From an uncultured Nitrososphaeraceae archaeon (GTDB lineage Archaea > Thermoproteota > Nitrososphaeria > Nitrososphaerales > Nitrososphaeraceae), in the NCBI GenBank assembly GCA_963825865.1, contig CAWGVG010000021.1, forward strand, positions 64,001 through 128,000: a stretch of 64,000 bases of DNA, written 5' to 3'. Made by a program: the position numbers and the translations under genes. This document shows, piece after piece, positions 11,365-22,021 of this stretch. A model generated the notes under the pieces. That model saw only the letters and a program-made list of their open reading frames with translations, was not told the origin of the DNA and searched no databases. Each line of letters opens with the position of its first letter. The first letter of the stretch is position 1.

Positions 11365-11571
11365 CCCCTATTAATCCTTTTTAGTGGAAGAGCATAACAT
11401 TTTATACATCAATTCAAAAAGTAGTTCTCGTTTCTAAGATGGTAAAGGAAACCTTTGTGCTACACTGGCTGTTAATGCTGTAAAAATATCCGTCTAATTA
11501 TTGTTTAATAACAACATATTCCTTGGTAAATGCTGCAGATTTCAACCGACTCACATAATATGAGGGTTTTG

Positions 11572-11712
11572 TTATTGTTCTTGATTTTGTTGAGGAGCAA
11601 TAATAGTAGCACTACTATGAATATTTTTTATATGATTTTTTAGTTCTCCCATACTTCCACCGACATCCTTGTTGCAAGATGGGCATCTCCATTTTACTCC
11701 TACAATTCCCAT
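11572..11712 (-). CDS. 46-aa C2H2-like zinc-finger microprotein
   Basis: Manual translation MGIVGVKWRCPSCNKDVGGSMGELKNHIKNIHSSATIIAPQQNQEQ. Confidence 0.55.
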   Translation of the reverse strand: MGIVGVKWRCPSCNKDVGGSMGELKNHIKNIHSSATIIAPQQNQEQ

Positions 11713-12021
11713 CTACATATCTTTGACGATGTAATATATACGGGTTACTTTTTTTGACATTGTTAATTTATCGGTGATTTAATAATTATTTCTCTATGTG
11801 TGTGTCATGATGATTTTTAAATGCGTTATCAGTGGATCATCACAACAACAATAACAAAAGATTGATATTTTTAAATCTTTTAAGAATTAAGATCATCTCT
11901 TTGAGGTCTGCAGAGATCCCCATTTTTAGATCGAAAGATAAGAATAGTTATTCTCAAAAATGAATTTAGCATGCTTATTTATGCGATATTTTAAATTAGG
12001 AAGTGCAGGGCAAGTTTATTC

Positions 12022-13359
12022 ATGCAAATGAGTCCAAAAGCCTTCTATGATGAAGTCTTAAGATTGATGAAAGAACATCACGAATGGTTCAATAAATCAA
12101 TTCCACTTATTGCTAGTGAAAACATACCAAGCCCAGCAGTAAGAGAAGCAATAATGTCAGACTTCGGCAATAGATATGCCGAAGGATGGCCTGGCGAGAG
12201 AGTTTACGCGGGCTGTATTTACATAGATCAGGTAGAGATAATTTGCAACGATTTAGCAAAGAGGGTTTTTAGAGCAGAATTTGCTGATTGTAGAGCGACA
12301 TCTGGCGTAGTTGCAAATCTTGCAATTTATGCCGCATTCTCAAATCCAGGAGATCATATGATGGCTGCTTCTATTCCTAACGGAGGACATATTTCACATG
12401 GGAAGAAGGAACACTTTGGTACCGCAGGTCTTGTCCATGGACTAAACATTGAACATTATCCCTTTTCAAAGGAAGAGATGACAATTGATGTTGATGCTAC
12501 AAAAAAGAAGATTGAAAAAATGACTTATGATGGCAAAGCACCAAAGATAGGAATGTTTGGAGGAAGTCTGTTTCTCTTTCCACATCCTGTAAAAGAACTG
12601 TCAAATTTTATGCATGACCACGGCATGTATATTAATTATGACGGAGCCCACGTTGCGGGGCTGATTGCTGGTGGAGAATTTCAAGACCCATTAAAGGAAG
12701 GAGCAGATTCCATTACCATGAGCTCACACAAAACTCTCTGGGGACCACAAGGGGGGATTATTGTATCACTAGAAAAACATGCAGACCCAATCAAGAAGGC
12801 AATCTTTCCTGGTAACACCAGCAGCCATCATCTGCACCATGTTGCTGGAAAAGCTATTGCATTAGCAGAATCATTAGAGTTTGGAAAAGATTATGCAAAG
12901 CAAATAATCAAAAATGCTAAGGCACTTGCAGAAGCTCTTGTTGGCCATGGTTTTATGGTGTTAGGTGAAAAACGAGGATACACTGCATCACATCAAATTG
13001 CAGTCGATGTTTCAAAGTTTGGTGATGGTGGTAGTATTGAAAAGAATCTAGAAAAGGCTAACATAATTTTGAACAGACAATTACTGCCAGGAGACATTAA
13101 GGCAGGACGGCACTACATGCATCCAAGTGGAATAAGAATTGGTGTTCCTGAAACAACCAGACTTGGAATGAAAGAAAGTGAGATGAAAGAGATTGCCAGT
13201 TTTATAAAACAGGTAGTTGTTGATATGCATGACCCCAATATAGTGGCGAAAAATGTTGCTGACTTCAGGAAGCAATTCCAAAAAGTGCAGTATGCATTCG
13301 ATAACACGTTAGGTGCATATGAGTACATAAATCTCGTTGTTGGCACCATAAGAAAGTAG
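12022..13359 (+). CDS. glyA: Serine hydroxymethyltransferase
   Basis: LIASEN, YAEGWPGERVYAG, GGHISH, SSHKTL. Confidence 0.97.
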   Translation: MQMSPKAFYDEVLRLMKEHHEWFNKSIPLIASENIPSPAVREAIMSDFGNRYAEGWPGERVYAGCIYIDQVEIICNDLAKRVFRAEFADCRATSGVVANLAIYAAFSNPGDHMMAASIPNGGHISHGKKEHFGTAGLVHGLNIEHYPFSKEEMTIDVDATKKKIEKMTYDGKAPKIGMFGGSLFLFPHPVKELSNFMHDHGMYINYDGAHVAGLIAGGEFQDPLKEGADSITMSSHKTLWGPQGGIIVSLEKHADPIKKAIFPGNTSSHHLHHVAGKAIALAESLEFGKDYAKQIIKNAKALAEALVGHGFMVLGEKRGYTASHQIAVDVSKFGDGGSIEKNLEKANIILNRQLLPGDIKAGRHYMHPSGIRIGVPETTRLGMKESEMKEIASFIKQVVVDMHDPNIVAKNVADFRKQFQKVQYAFDNTLGAYEYINLVVGTIRK

Positions 13360-13555
13360 TAAGTCGTATGCGGATATATACAATTATCAGAACATAATCA
13401 GTTTTAGAAAATCTTCTTAAATGTGGAAAGGATTAGTCGTCAATGCATTGTTTAGTTATTATTATCATTCTTTCAATTTTTACTATTAGTATTCTTTGTA
13501 TACATTAAAGAAAATTAAAGTTGTCTCTGATTAACTATAGTTCAGATGGATATGC

Positions 13556-13574
13556 ATATATATATATATATATA
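13556..13574. repeat. (AT)9 microsatellite
   Basis: Direct read, between convergent glyA and polC. Confidence 0.85.
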
Positions 13575-13661
13575 ATAGATTTATTACAAATGTTCAGTAG
13601 GCCAATCTTTTTACGTATCAGTCTTGATTGTTAAACCTACCTTTTAGTAATCTATCGCTAG

Positions 13662-16600
13662 TTAACCCATAAATTCCGTCAGAGTTAACTGTTCTTTCTT
13701 TTGTTCCTTAAAGATTAATTTTAGTTCCATTGTCAAAGATTCAACTCTGCTACGTAAATAATCATTGATTTTGAATTGATTACACAGACTTGTTGCAATA
13801 TTAACATATTTTTCAACTGAACCTTTAGTAACTGTTTGCAAAAGTTCATTTCCACATTCAATACACTTGCCCATAAGTGGTATTCGACGATATTTTTCTC
13901 CACACCTACTGCATCGAAAGGCTTGAGAAGAATATGATCGCATGTTACCCATAATGTCGGGTAAAATGTGTGTCGTAAGTACCATTGATACCACTTCATC
14001 AGGATTGACGGCATTGATTAGTTTTGCAGTAGTTATCTGCATTTCCAATTTTTCATCCATAGTATTGAGTCTAGAATATGCACTTCGCTGACTATTGGTT
14101 GTTAGCAGACCTGTAAAATGAGTAAAGCCATAGTTGAAAAATTGGTTTTCATTTCCAATCCTATTTTTAATAATTTCTATCTTGCTGGCAAAGTCTCCAG
14201 CTTTGGACTGGTTCCATGTTGCTTCGTAAAATTCAAGTGGATAAACTGAAGTGACGTCAATATTATGGGCTTGTCTTTGCACTTCATCGGGCAATACAAC
14301 TGGTTGAATCAATAGTGGTGCATCCATGAGTCCGCCGATTTTATTGGGCAAAAAGTCATATGAAAAGTTTAGCAATGCATCCATCAAAAGCATTATCGAG
14401 TCTGCATCGCCATCACAATCCCTACGTTTTGCAGCGTGCCAGATAGGAGACGCCAGACAGACCTGGGAATCTGTAAAGCCTATAATTCTTCCTATAATAC
14501 CCACAGAAGTGTGTGGTGCGAGCCCAACTATCAGATGTCCTATAAGATCTTCTACGGAGGATGTATTATAGAAAGGTTCAAGTCCATATATTTTTACAAG
14601 TTCTTCATCGATAAATTTGGCTACATTGAGTAAATGTTTAGCGGCATCTAAAGGTATCATTACATCTTGCATCAACAGTTCGACTAACTGATCAGGCGAC
14701 GTCAGTTCCCTGCCAATATAATCCCTTCTATAACCCAATTCTTTTAATTTTCGATATCGACCATGGTCCACTTTGGTTTGAAGTGGGTCAGCGGCTCGTT
14801 GGTTGCGTCAAATCTAATAGTCCCATCCTTGAAAGTATACAGCCCATATTTTTGTCTTAATATTCCTTTTTCTAGTGGCTCGCCTGCCTTGTCCTTGCTC
14901 ATAAGAGCCTTAACACCTTTGAGTGGTTCAGTCGCCATGATTCCAAGTTTTCGTTGTGCTTCTTCAAGTACTGTTTTTAGTGGATAGCTGATAGGGGAGT
15001 AAGTCTTACCCTCCTTACCACACCTATAGCACTGGTTATTGACGGCATCATCTGCAATTTCCTCTCTACAAACTATACATAAATTGCGTAAAGAAGTAAG
15101 AGCACCACAATTACGGCAGTGGGATCCAATTGAAGGAAGTTTACAATTATTACAAAATCTATTTGCGATTTCAGCATAAAATGATTCGTCCTTTGCTGCC
15201 TTCAAAATATCACGTGTTGCACCTCCTTTGATACCAATAGGAAACAATACATGAACAGGTGGTTTCATTTTACGTTCAGCAGCCTTTTCAGGACGCCCAA
15301 CTCTGACTGCAATTGATGAAGCAAATTTTGGCTTGACTTCAACTCCTGATATCTTTGAAATAAATTCGAATGCATCTTTTGCCTTAATACCACTTTTGAC
15401 AGATGCTGTTGATAATCCCGTGGTTGATGGATACGTTATTGTTGCTGGTTCAGAACAGATCAATAACTTGGTCAGCGAATACACCTGATCCATGCTGTTA
15501 ATTTCAATAATATTTGCTATTTTTAATTGAATGGATAACACCTAGTCGTTCCAAGATATCTTTTAACTTTGGATTATCGTTAGGCGAATTGTAAAAAAGA
15601 ATGAATGGGGTTATTATCGTTATTGATATCAACATTCTGTTGCTGGTGCTGTTTTCGTTGTTGACCCTGTAATACTTTTCCCTCAATAATAAAACTTCAT
15701 TTATGCTGACAGAATCCCAATAGAATGAGTATTTTGGATGAAGAGGAATGTTAAACTTTCTGCTGATTTCAAATGCTTCTTCAACTGTTGGAAACATTGT
15801 GAAGGGTTCTTTTGATAATTGAATTAGCCTTTCGCTGATTATTTCTCTCACTTAGTAAGAGATAAACAAGGGATGACGATGTAGACAGTTTCGAATGTAA
15901 TTGTAATGCCCAAATTTCTTCCACATAACTAGCAGGTGGTAGTTGAGCATTATTTTCAAGAAAATCGCCATAACTTATTAAAATATCGCCAAGGTAAATT
16001 ATTTTTTCAATCTTAGGTCGGATCTTAGTAGCCTGTTCTATTGTTAACACGTACATAACATTGCCATCATCAAGCCTAACAAGCGGAGGCTCAATAGTAT
16101 CTACAAGTGCAATAGTTGATGCTTTTCCAGGTACATCCATTTTAATTTGTGTACCCACAACAAAGGCATGATTTAGTAATATAGGCACAGCAGGATGAAT
16201 TCCAATAGTTGCAAAACCGGTATTATAACATCGGCCATACCTTAACCGGAAGCCTCCGATTTTCTTCGACATCGAAAGCACTGGCCTGCCAGTAATCACT
16301 TCAGACATTCTGTGGTGTAGCGGCATCATCCTCATTACCTGTTTGAATTGCCCCCTTGAGATCCTTGAGCCAATTCCAGCCCTCCAGTTTTAATGTTTCA
16401 ACAAGTTTGAGCAACTTTCTACTTCTACCGATCAGACCATCATTCATTACTCTCAGAGCACCACCACGAACCCTATTGGTAGAAATTCTCTTCATTCCTC
16501 TATGTCCCACAACTTCTACCGGATCAGTATCTATACCATCAAGCTCTACTGGCAAATTGACTATACATTTAACTACATCTTCATCTAACACTTTAAACTG

Positions 16601-17230
16601 AAAATTGCCAACTTCACGTTCGTAAATTCTGAGTTCTTCGACAAATCTTCCTGTCTCATCATCGTAGGAGTTTGCAATGTATTTACCTAATCCAGCAATT
16701 TTTCTTACATGGTCTGCTATTAGCATCGTAAATGCGGCCTCAGTTCCTCCCGCAGACCGGATAGGGCCAGCAAACGATATTGAAAGGTATTGGCTTCCGT
16801 CATGAGTTATTTTTTAGTTGTACATCAGCAATTCCTTGTAGAGGAGCAACTGTCACACCTTCTGTAACTATAGCTAGACTAACACGTACAGCATTATCCA
16901 ATTTGGTTCGTAAGTCGCCATTGCCATATTCTCCCATGGCAATTTCTTCAGCAATTTTAAGTGCTGCCTTTTCCTTGGTGGTCCGCGAAAGTAGAGCACG
17001 CAATCGATCTGCGATATCAATATTATGCATTTTTGCAACTCTGTCTGCCAAGTCAAACGCAATTTTTGGTTCTACTCTGTCTACAACATCTAATCCTAGT
17101 TTCCGTGCTTTCGTACCGCAACTCAAAATTCTTTTGTACATTTTTCAAAATATTGTGTTGGTAATTTAAATAATACAATGGCATACGCATATTTTTTAAA
17201 CGAGATTTCAGCCTCATCAATCATTGTCAT
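13662..17230 (-). CDS. polC: DNA polymerase D large subunit DP2 (several frameshifts)
   Basis: TEGVTVAPLQG, FAGPIRSAGGT, GGFRLRYGR, RVGRPEKA, HAAKRRDCDGD and C-terminal Zn fingers across six or more ORF pieces. Confidence 0.96.
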
Positions 17231-17245
17231 GTCATGTTATTGTTG

Positions 17246-17996
17246 TCATCTTCTTATCGTCTTGATAATCGAAGAGAGTTTATCTTCCCAGTTCCCCTCT
17301 TGCTCAATCATTGTACCAATTACAATAATATCTGCGCCTGCTTTAGCTATTTCCTTTGCTGTTTCAGGATCACGAATTCCACCGCCAACTAATAAGTATT
17401 CCTTTATAATGTTTTCTTACAGCCGATACCATGTGTGGCGAGATACTTCTGCATAGCACCTGAGCCAGCCTCAAGGTATAAAAATCTCATACCTAAGATA
17501 CTGTGCTGCCAAGAGAATACATGACTGCAATTCCCGATTTATTGAAAGGAATTCCACGTGCCCGGCCTACAAACCATGCAGTAGTACCTTCCCCGATAAT
17601 TAGCGTAACCAGTTGGCAACGGTTCGATGTCATACTTTTTGACAGCAAGAGCTCCCAGATGCCTGAGCTTCAGTAATAAAGTAAGGATTCTCTGAGTTAA
17701 GTAATGAGTGCTGAAGAGAATAGCATCAGCTCTGGGCGATACTCCCGTGACATTGCCAGGAAACAATATCACAGGAATTTTGATTTGCGATTTGATATTT
17801 GAAACTGTGTCTGCCAGTTCAAGTTGATCAATTGCCGAAGATCCACCTACTAAAATGGCATGAAGCTCCCATTCTTTCAACCTTCTTTGCAATTGAAGAT
17901 GCATCCAGCAGAATTTTCGGAATCTATAAGTGGAAAGCATAATGTGCCATACTTTTTGACCTCACTTTGAATGTAATCCTCGACCTTATTTCTCAT
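17246..17996 (-). CDS. Geranylgeranylglyceryl phosphate synthase (frameshifted)
   Basis: ILVGGSS, PVILFPGNVTGVS, YLEAGSGA, VGGGIR, GADIIVIGT. Confidence 0.92.
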
Positions 17997-18092
17997 GTCG
18001 CTCCTGAAATGTATCTATTATATACCTTGCTATCAATATACCTCTACATAAGGTTATAGTCCTATAAATCATAAACAAAAAATCTTATTCAG

Positions 18093-18356
18093 CTATTTTT
18101 TATTAATGTAATTGGTATGAACAAGTCCCTCCGTTCTGTTTTGAATCTGCAAAAAACATATTCCCTTCTCCGTTGTTCTATAAGATCGCATTCCATCTTC
18201 ATATTCTATCAAACCATTTTTCTCTAAAACTGCCAAGTATTCCTTTAATTGAACATAAGATAGAAAGGCTTTATACATTATTTTTGTCTTGGTAGCTCCA
18301 CCATTAGCGGCTTCTAGAATCATTTCAGCTATGTCACTTCTGCTTCTATATCGCAT
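18093..18356 (-). CDS. Small winged-HTH protein (HTH_45/ArsR-like), copy 2
   Basis: MRYRSRSDIAEMILEAANGGATKTKIMYKAFLSY. Confidence 0.9.
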   Translation of the reverse strand: MRYRSRSDIAEMILEAANGGATKTKIMYKAFLSYVQLKEYLAVLEKNGLIEYEDGMRSYRTTEKGICFLQIQNRTEGLVHTNYINKK

Positions 18357-18721
18357 CAGAATCAAAGAGGAAATGAAAGAATAAGTATTTATGCTATCCC
18401 TCTATTTGTACTAAACCCAGTACTAGTTTCTATCAAACATATTACTTTGCAATAGATAATGTATATAATAAGCCTCATTTGTTTGATAACAATTAATTAT
18501 CCTAAGACATATCTGGTTGTCACGTACGATTGACTAATTATGACGAATAGAAGCTAATTATACATAAATTATAATATTCGTATACATAATTGTGATATTT
18601 ATATAATCATATAGGGATTTTATACAGATAGTTAATGATATTCATTTAGGAGTGGACAATTACGATCCCAGATCAGACAATAACTTATATTGAAGTCGCC
18701 TATACAGATTTGTATAGCTTT

Positions 18722-19093
18722 ATGATAAAGCAGGAAACTAATTTTAATTACATTTATAAAAATATTATTGCAAATTCTTTCTTCACTGAAAGACAAATAT
18801 ATATTATTTCTAAAAGGTTGATTGGTAAAAATAGAGTAGAAAATATTAGTTCTGGTGCATATTATAGACAGTTAAAGCAGTGTCAGGACAAAGTTATCAG
18901 TCTTTTGTATAGCATACTTCTACTCAGGTCTATAAGAGCTGTTGATGAACAAGCACTTTCCATAATTGACGGATTAGCTGATCAAATAGCCGTGATGTTA
19001 CATACAGAAAATAGTGATATCAACGCTAATGAAAATGTACAAAGTGTGATATCAGTAATGGAACAGATAATTAAAAGAATGTCACAAGTGTGA
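18722..19093 (+). CDS. Origin-proximal HTH-like hypothetical protein
   Basis: SFFTERQIYII...ISSGAYYRQLKQ resembles an HTH; helical C-terminus. Confidence 0.7.
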   Translation: MIKQETNFNYIYKNIIANSFFTERQIYIISKRLIGKNRVENISSGAYYRQLKQCQDKVISLLYSILLLRSIRAVDEQALSIIDGLADQIAVMLHTENSDINANENVQSVISVMEQIIKRMSQV

Positions 19094-19475
19094 AGTAATG
19101 CTACTCATTAAGAATAAATAAAAGTTCTATTACTAGTGTGATATGACTGGTGATATCTCTGTCTTTATTTGGAAATTTATGATATTTGCTGTGATTTCAT
19201 TTACTGTTGGCGCTGTCAGCATGATAATGTATAATATATTAAAAAAAATGTTTCGAGTATCCAATCTCTGTACTGACAAAGACATTATCGATGCGATTGT
19301 AGCAGAGTATACGTATAGATTAAAGAATTTGGAGAAGACAATTGCCGAATTACGTGTCAAAACAGATACTATGGAAATGCGGATATCACAGCAACCTGCA
19401 TCACAAACTCCTATCATTACTAGCACCTCTGTGACAACTGACCTAGGCAAAGAAGCATCACAGCATCAATCACAG
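18990..19475. repeat. Cluster of TGTGAT/ATCACA motifs (half-sites of TGTGATATCACA)
   Basis: Exact hits at 19045, 19137, 19190, 19385, 19400, 19457, 19469; near matches at 18992, 19014, 19080, 19089, 19150, 19430. Confidence 0.8.
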
Positions 19476-19856
19476 GTAGGATATCCTCCTACATCCTCCG
19501 TAAGTGAGACAGGGGCTATTATTCAGCTGTCGGCGTTACCTGCGACTAAGAGCAATGGAGATGTATATAACAACACTATGGATTATATACTTAAATTGTT
19601 AATTGAAAGACCTAGAACTTCAAGGGAAATACAACACGCCATCAGGAGAACGCGAGAACACACATCGCGTCTTATGAAAAAGCTTCACCAAGCCAACCTT
19701 GTGAGTAGAGATAACAATAGCAAACCCTTCAAATACGCCATTAGTGATGCAGGTCGTATACAGTTGAAGGAACATCAAAAGACAAGTGCTGCTGTTGCTG
19801 ATGGTATGCAGGCTCTTGTTGACGCGCCTGAGTCTCAATTACAGACGACGGTCTAG
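19143..19856 (+). CDS. Membrane-anchored coiled-coil plus C-terminal winged-HTH protein
   Basis: N-terminal hydrophobic helix, RLKNLEKTIAELRVK coiled coil, S/Q/T linker, TSREIQHAIRRTREHTSRLMKKL...YAISDAG wHTH. Confidence 0.82.
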   Translation: MTGDISVFIWKFMIFAVISFTVGAVSMIMYNILKKMFRVSNLCTDKDIIDAIVAEYTYRLKNLEKTIAELRVKTDTMEMRISQQPASQTPIITSTSVTTDLGKEASQHQSQVGYPPTSSVSETGAIIQLSALPATKSNGDVYNNTMDYILKLLIERPRTSREIQHAIRRTREHTSRLMKKLHQANLVSRDNNSKPFKYAISDAGRIQLKEHQKTSAAVADGMQALVDAPESQLQTTV

Positions 19857-20257
19857 ACTATTTTATATATCCATTCTTTTCCTTTTTTGTTTCTGTCTAC
19901 CTTGCCTCTTTCACAATATCTAGACAAATAAGTTGAAATTATACTTAATAATATAGGTTCGTTATACTCGTCCTCGTATATCTCCTGGATATCTGATGAA
20001 GTAAAAGTGGTATATGGAAATTTATTTTCAACAATACCCCATATCTTAGAGCCAACTGAGGCCAAATTCTTGTTCAGTTGACTTTTCATATTATTGTTGT
20101 CAGTATTATTATTTTGTCCTTTTATGTCAAGGACTTCAATTAATTCAAAGACCTTCATTATCTTCTCTTTTGACATATTACCTTCTAAAGAAAGGTTATA
20201 CTTGCCTCCATCGGCATCCTCAAGTTCTATCTTTATTTTCTTTTTACCCAAGGTCAA
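19853..20257 (-). CDS. Small protein with C-terminal winged-HTH, adjacent to oriC
   Basis: FTSSDIQEIY...LSIISTYLSRY...VDRNKKGKEWIY wHTH pattern. Confidence 0.8.
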   Translation of the reverse strand: MTLGKKKIKIELEDADGGKYNLSLEGNMSKEKIMKVFELIEVLDIKGQNNNTDNNNMKSQLNKNLASVGSKIWGIVENKFPYTTFTSSDIQEIYEDEYNEPILLSIISTYLSRYCERGKVDRNKKGKEWIYKIV

Positions 20258-20431
20258 TCTAGAGCATCTTTTACTTGTTAATCATATTAGCACCTTAACA
20301 CTTAACACAGCTACTCATAATTTTGATAACAAAGAGATTAGTTTTTGTTAACTTTGTATGAGAGAAGATTATAATAGTGTTAACGACTTCAGCTGTTAAT
20401 TATCCTAATCATTTTATTAATGTTTTTTCGA

Positions 20432-20453
20432 TTCCAGTAGAAATTAAGGGGTC
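20432..20453 (+). promoter_or_regulatory. ORB box 1
   Basis: TTCCAGTAGAAATTAAGGGGTC matches the TCCA-x-GGAAA...G-string ORB consensus. Confidence 0.88.
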
Positions 20454-20493
20454 TGATTCAATGATATTAACAGTGTTAACGACTACCTTAACA

Positions 20494-20515
20494 GTCCAGT
20501 GGAAATAAGGGGGTC
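20494..20515 (+). promoter_or_regulatory. ORB box 2
   Basis: GTCCAGTGGAAATAAGGGGGTC. Confidence 0.92.
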
Positions 20516-20587
20516 ATATTTTACCTGCTTTCTCTACTATCAATAATTCTGTTAATATATTGTTAATACCCGATACTTTTTTAGAAT

Positions 20588-20609
20588 CCACACCCCACCA
20601 TTTCCTGTG
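20588..20609 (-). promoter_or_regulatory. ORB box 3 (inverted, G-string facing ORB2)
   Basis: Reverse complement CACAGGAAATGGTGGGGTGTGG. Confidence 0.75.
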
Positions 20610-20743
20610 TGCATCATCTACTCATAATCTAAAAAATTATAATTAAATATTTTATATAATAGTTAATATTACTTGATTTAGTGGTTTATAAATAAAATGT
20701 TAACATGTTGTTAACATACGGTAAGAAGTCTTCTTATATGTGG

Positions 20744-20765
20744 AAAGGAAAAACAGGGGTGTGGG
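20744..20765 (+). promoter_or_regulatory. ORB-like box 4 in the cdc6 leader
   Basis: AAAGGAAAAACAGGGGTGTGGG, shares GGGGTGTGG with ORB3. Confidence 0.65.
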
Positions 20766-20793
20766 CAAGATCAGACTTGCGTAGAAATGGTGA

Positions 20794-22021
20794 ATGAATT
20801 TGAGCGATGATTTGCTTGACAATATTTTTGAAAGAGTCGCTACAGGAAAAATACTGATCAAGAACCGCCGGACCTTGGCAATAGATTATGTACCTGAAAA
20901 ACTTTCATTTAGGGATGAGGAAACCAAAACAATTGCACAGGCATTATCAGTGGTTTTAAAAAGAGCAAGACCATCTAATCTCCTGTTATTCGGTAAACCT
21001 GGCACCGGAAAGACTGCAGTAGTGAAAAACGTAATTGAACGCCTATACAAAAAAGCCAAGGAACTTGGAATAGAAATTATAGTACCATTTGTAAATACAA
21101 AAACTGCAAACACTGCATACAAAGTTCTCTATGAAATTGCCGAGGATATGGGTATTAACAAAGGTGAAAAGAAATTACACGTACATTTTACTGGACTGTC
21201 AATGGGCGAGGCAACAGATAGAATTCTTGATTTCATTCAAAAGAAAAAATTTTACGTCATTCTGGTATTTGATGAAATTGATTCACTCGTTGACAAAAAC
21301 GGTGATGATATATTATATAATTTTACAAGGGCAAATGAGCGAATTTCTGAAACAGGGTTTATCAGTCTAATTGGAATATCTAACAGCCTTACATTCAAAG
21401 ATAAACTTGACCCTCGCGTTCGAAGCAGCCTGAGTGAAGAAGAGATGGTATTCAATCCATATACAATAGAGCAATTACGAAAAATTCTATCAGATAGGGC
21501 TAAACTCGCATTTAACGACGATGCAATATCGGGCGGCAGCAATCAATTTGTGTGCGGCAATGGCTGGTAAGGAAAATGGTGATGCAAGAAAAGCAATTGA
21601 TTTATTAAGAGTTGCTGCTGAAATTGCTGAAAGAGAAAGAGTGTCTAAAGTTGAAGAAAAGCATATCCGGTTAGCACAAGAAAAAATTGAAAAAGATACT
21701 AATTATGAAGTTATAAAAAATTCTACTACTCATACTAAAATAGTAATATTGGCGATAATGAAATCAAAAAATGGAAATACTGGTGAGGTATACGAAATTT
21801 ATTCGTCATTTTGCAAGCATAGTGAGCAAGAACCACTTACACAACGTCGTATAACACAAATAATAAGTGAGCTCGACCAACTTGGTCTGATAACAAGTAA
21901 TGTAGTAAGCCAGGGGAGATATGGTCGGTCACAAAGAATCAAAATTACCGTCCCGACCTTGACTATCAAAGAAGCACTAAAAGATGATCTAATCCTTTCT
22001 ACATTATTGTTAAAGGATTGA
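20794..22021 (+). CDS. cdc6: Orc1/Cdc6 replication initiator (frameshift near 21530)
   Basis: GKPGTGKT, DEID, LDPRVRSSL, GDARKAIDLL, C-terminal wHTH with GRYGR. Confidence 0.96.

Larger units (their letters stand above)
20276..20716. repeat. Array of TGTTAA/TTAACA (TGTTAACA) motifs in oriC
   Basis: 13 sites: 20276, 20295, 20302, 20346, 20378, 20394, 20467, 20474, 20488, 20550, 20561, 20698, 20709; AGTGTTAACGACT repeated at 20376 and 20472. Confidence 0.85.
20270..20770. other. Chromosomal replication origin oriC
   Basis: Intergenic region upstream of cdc6 with ORB boxes at 20432-20453(+), 20494-20515(+), 20588-20609(-), about 20744-20765(+), plus AT-rich tracts. Confidence 0.92.

Noticed and set aside
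13662-17230. Intein or programmed frameshifting in DP2
   Set aside because: The usual intein site HAAKRR-D-CDGD is uninterrupted, total length is normal, and the breaks match the window-wide indel noise
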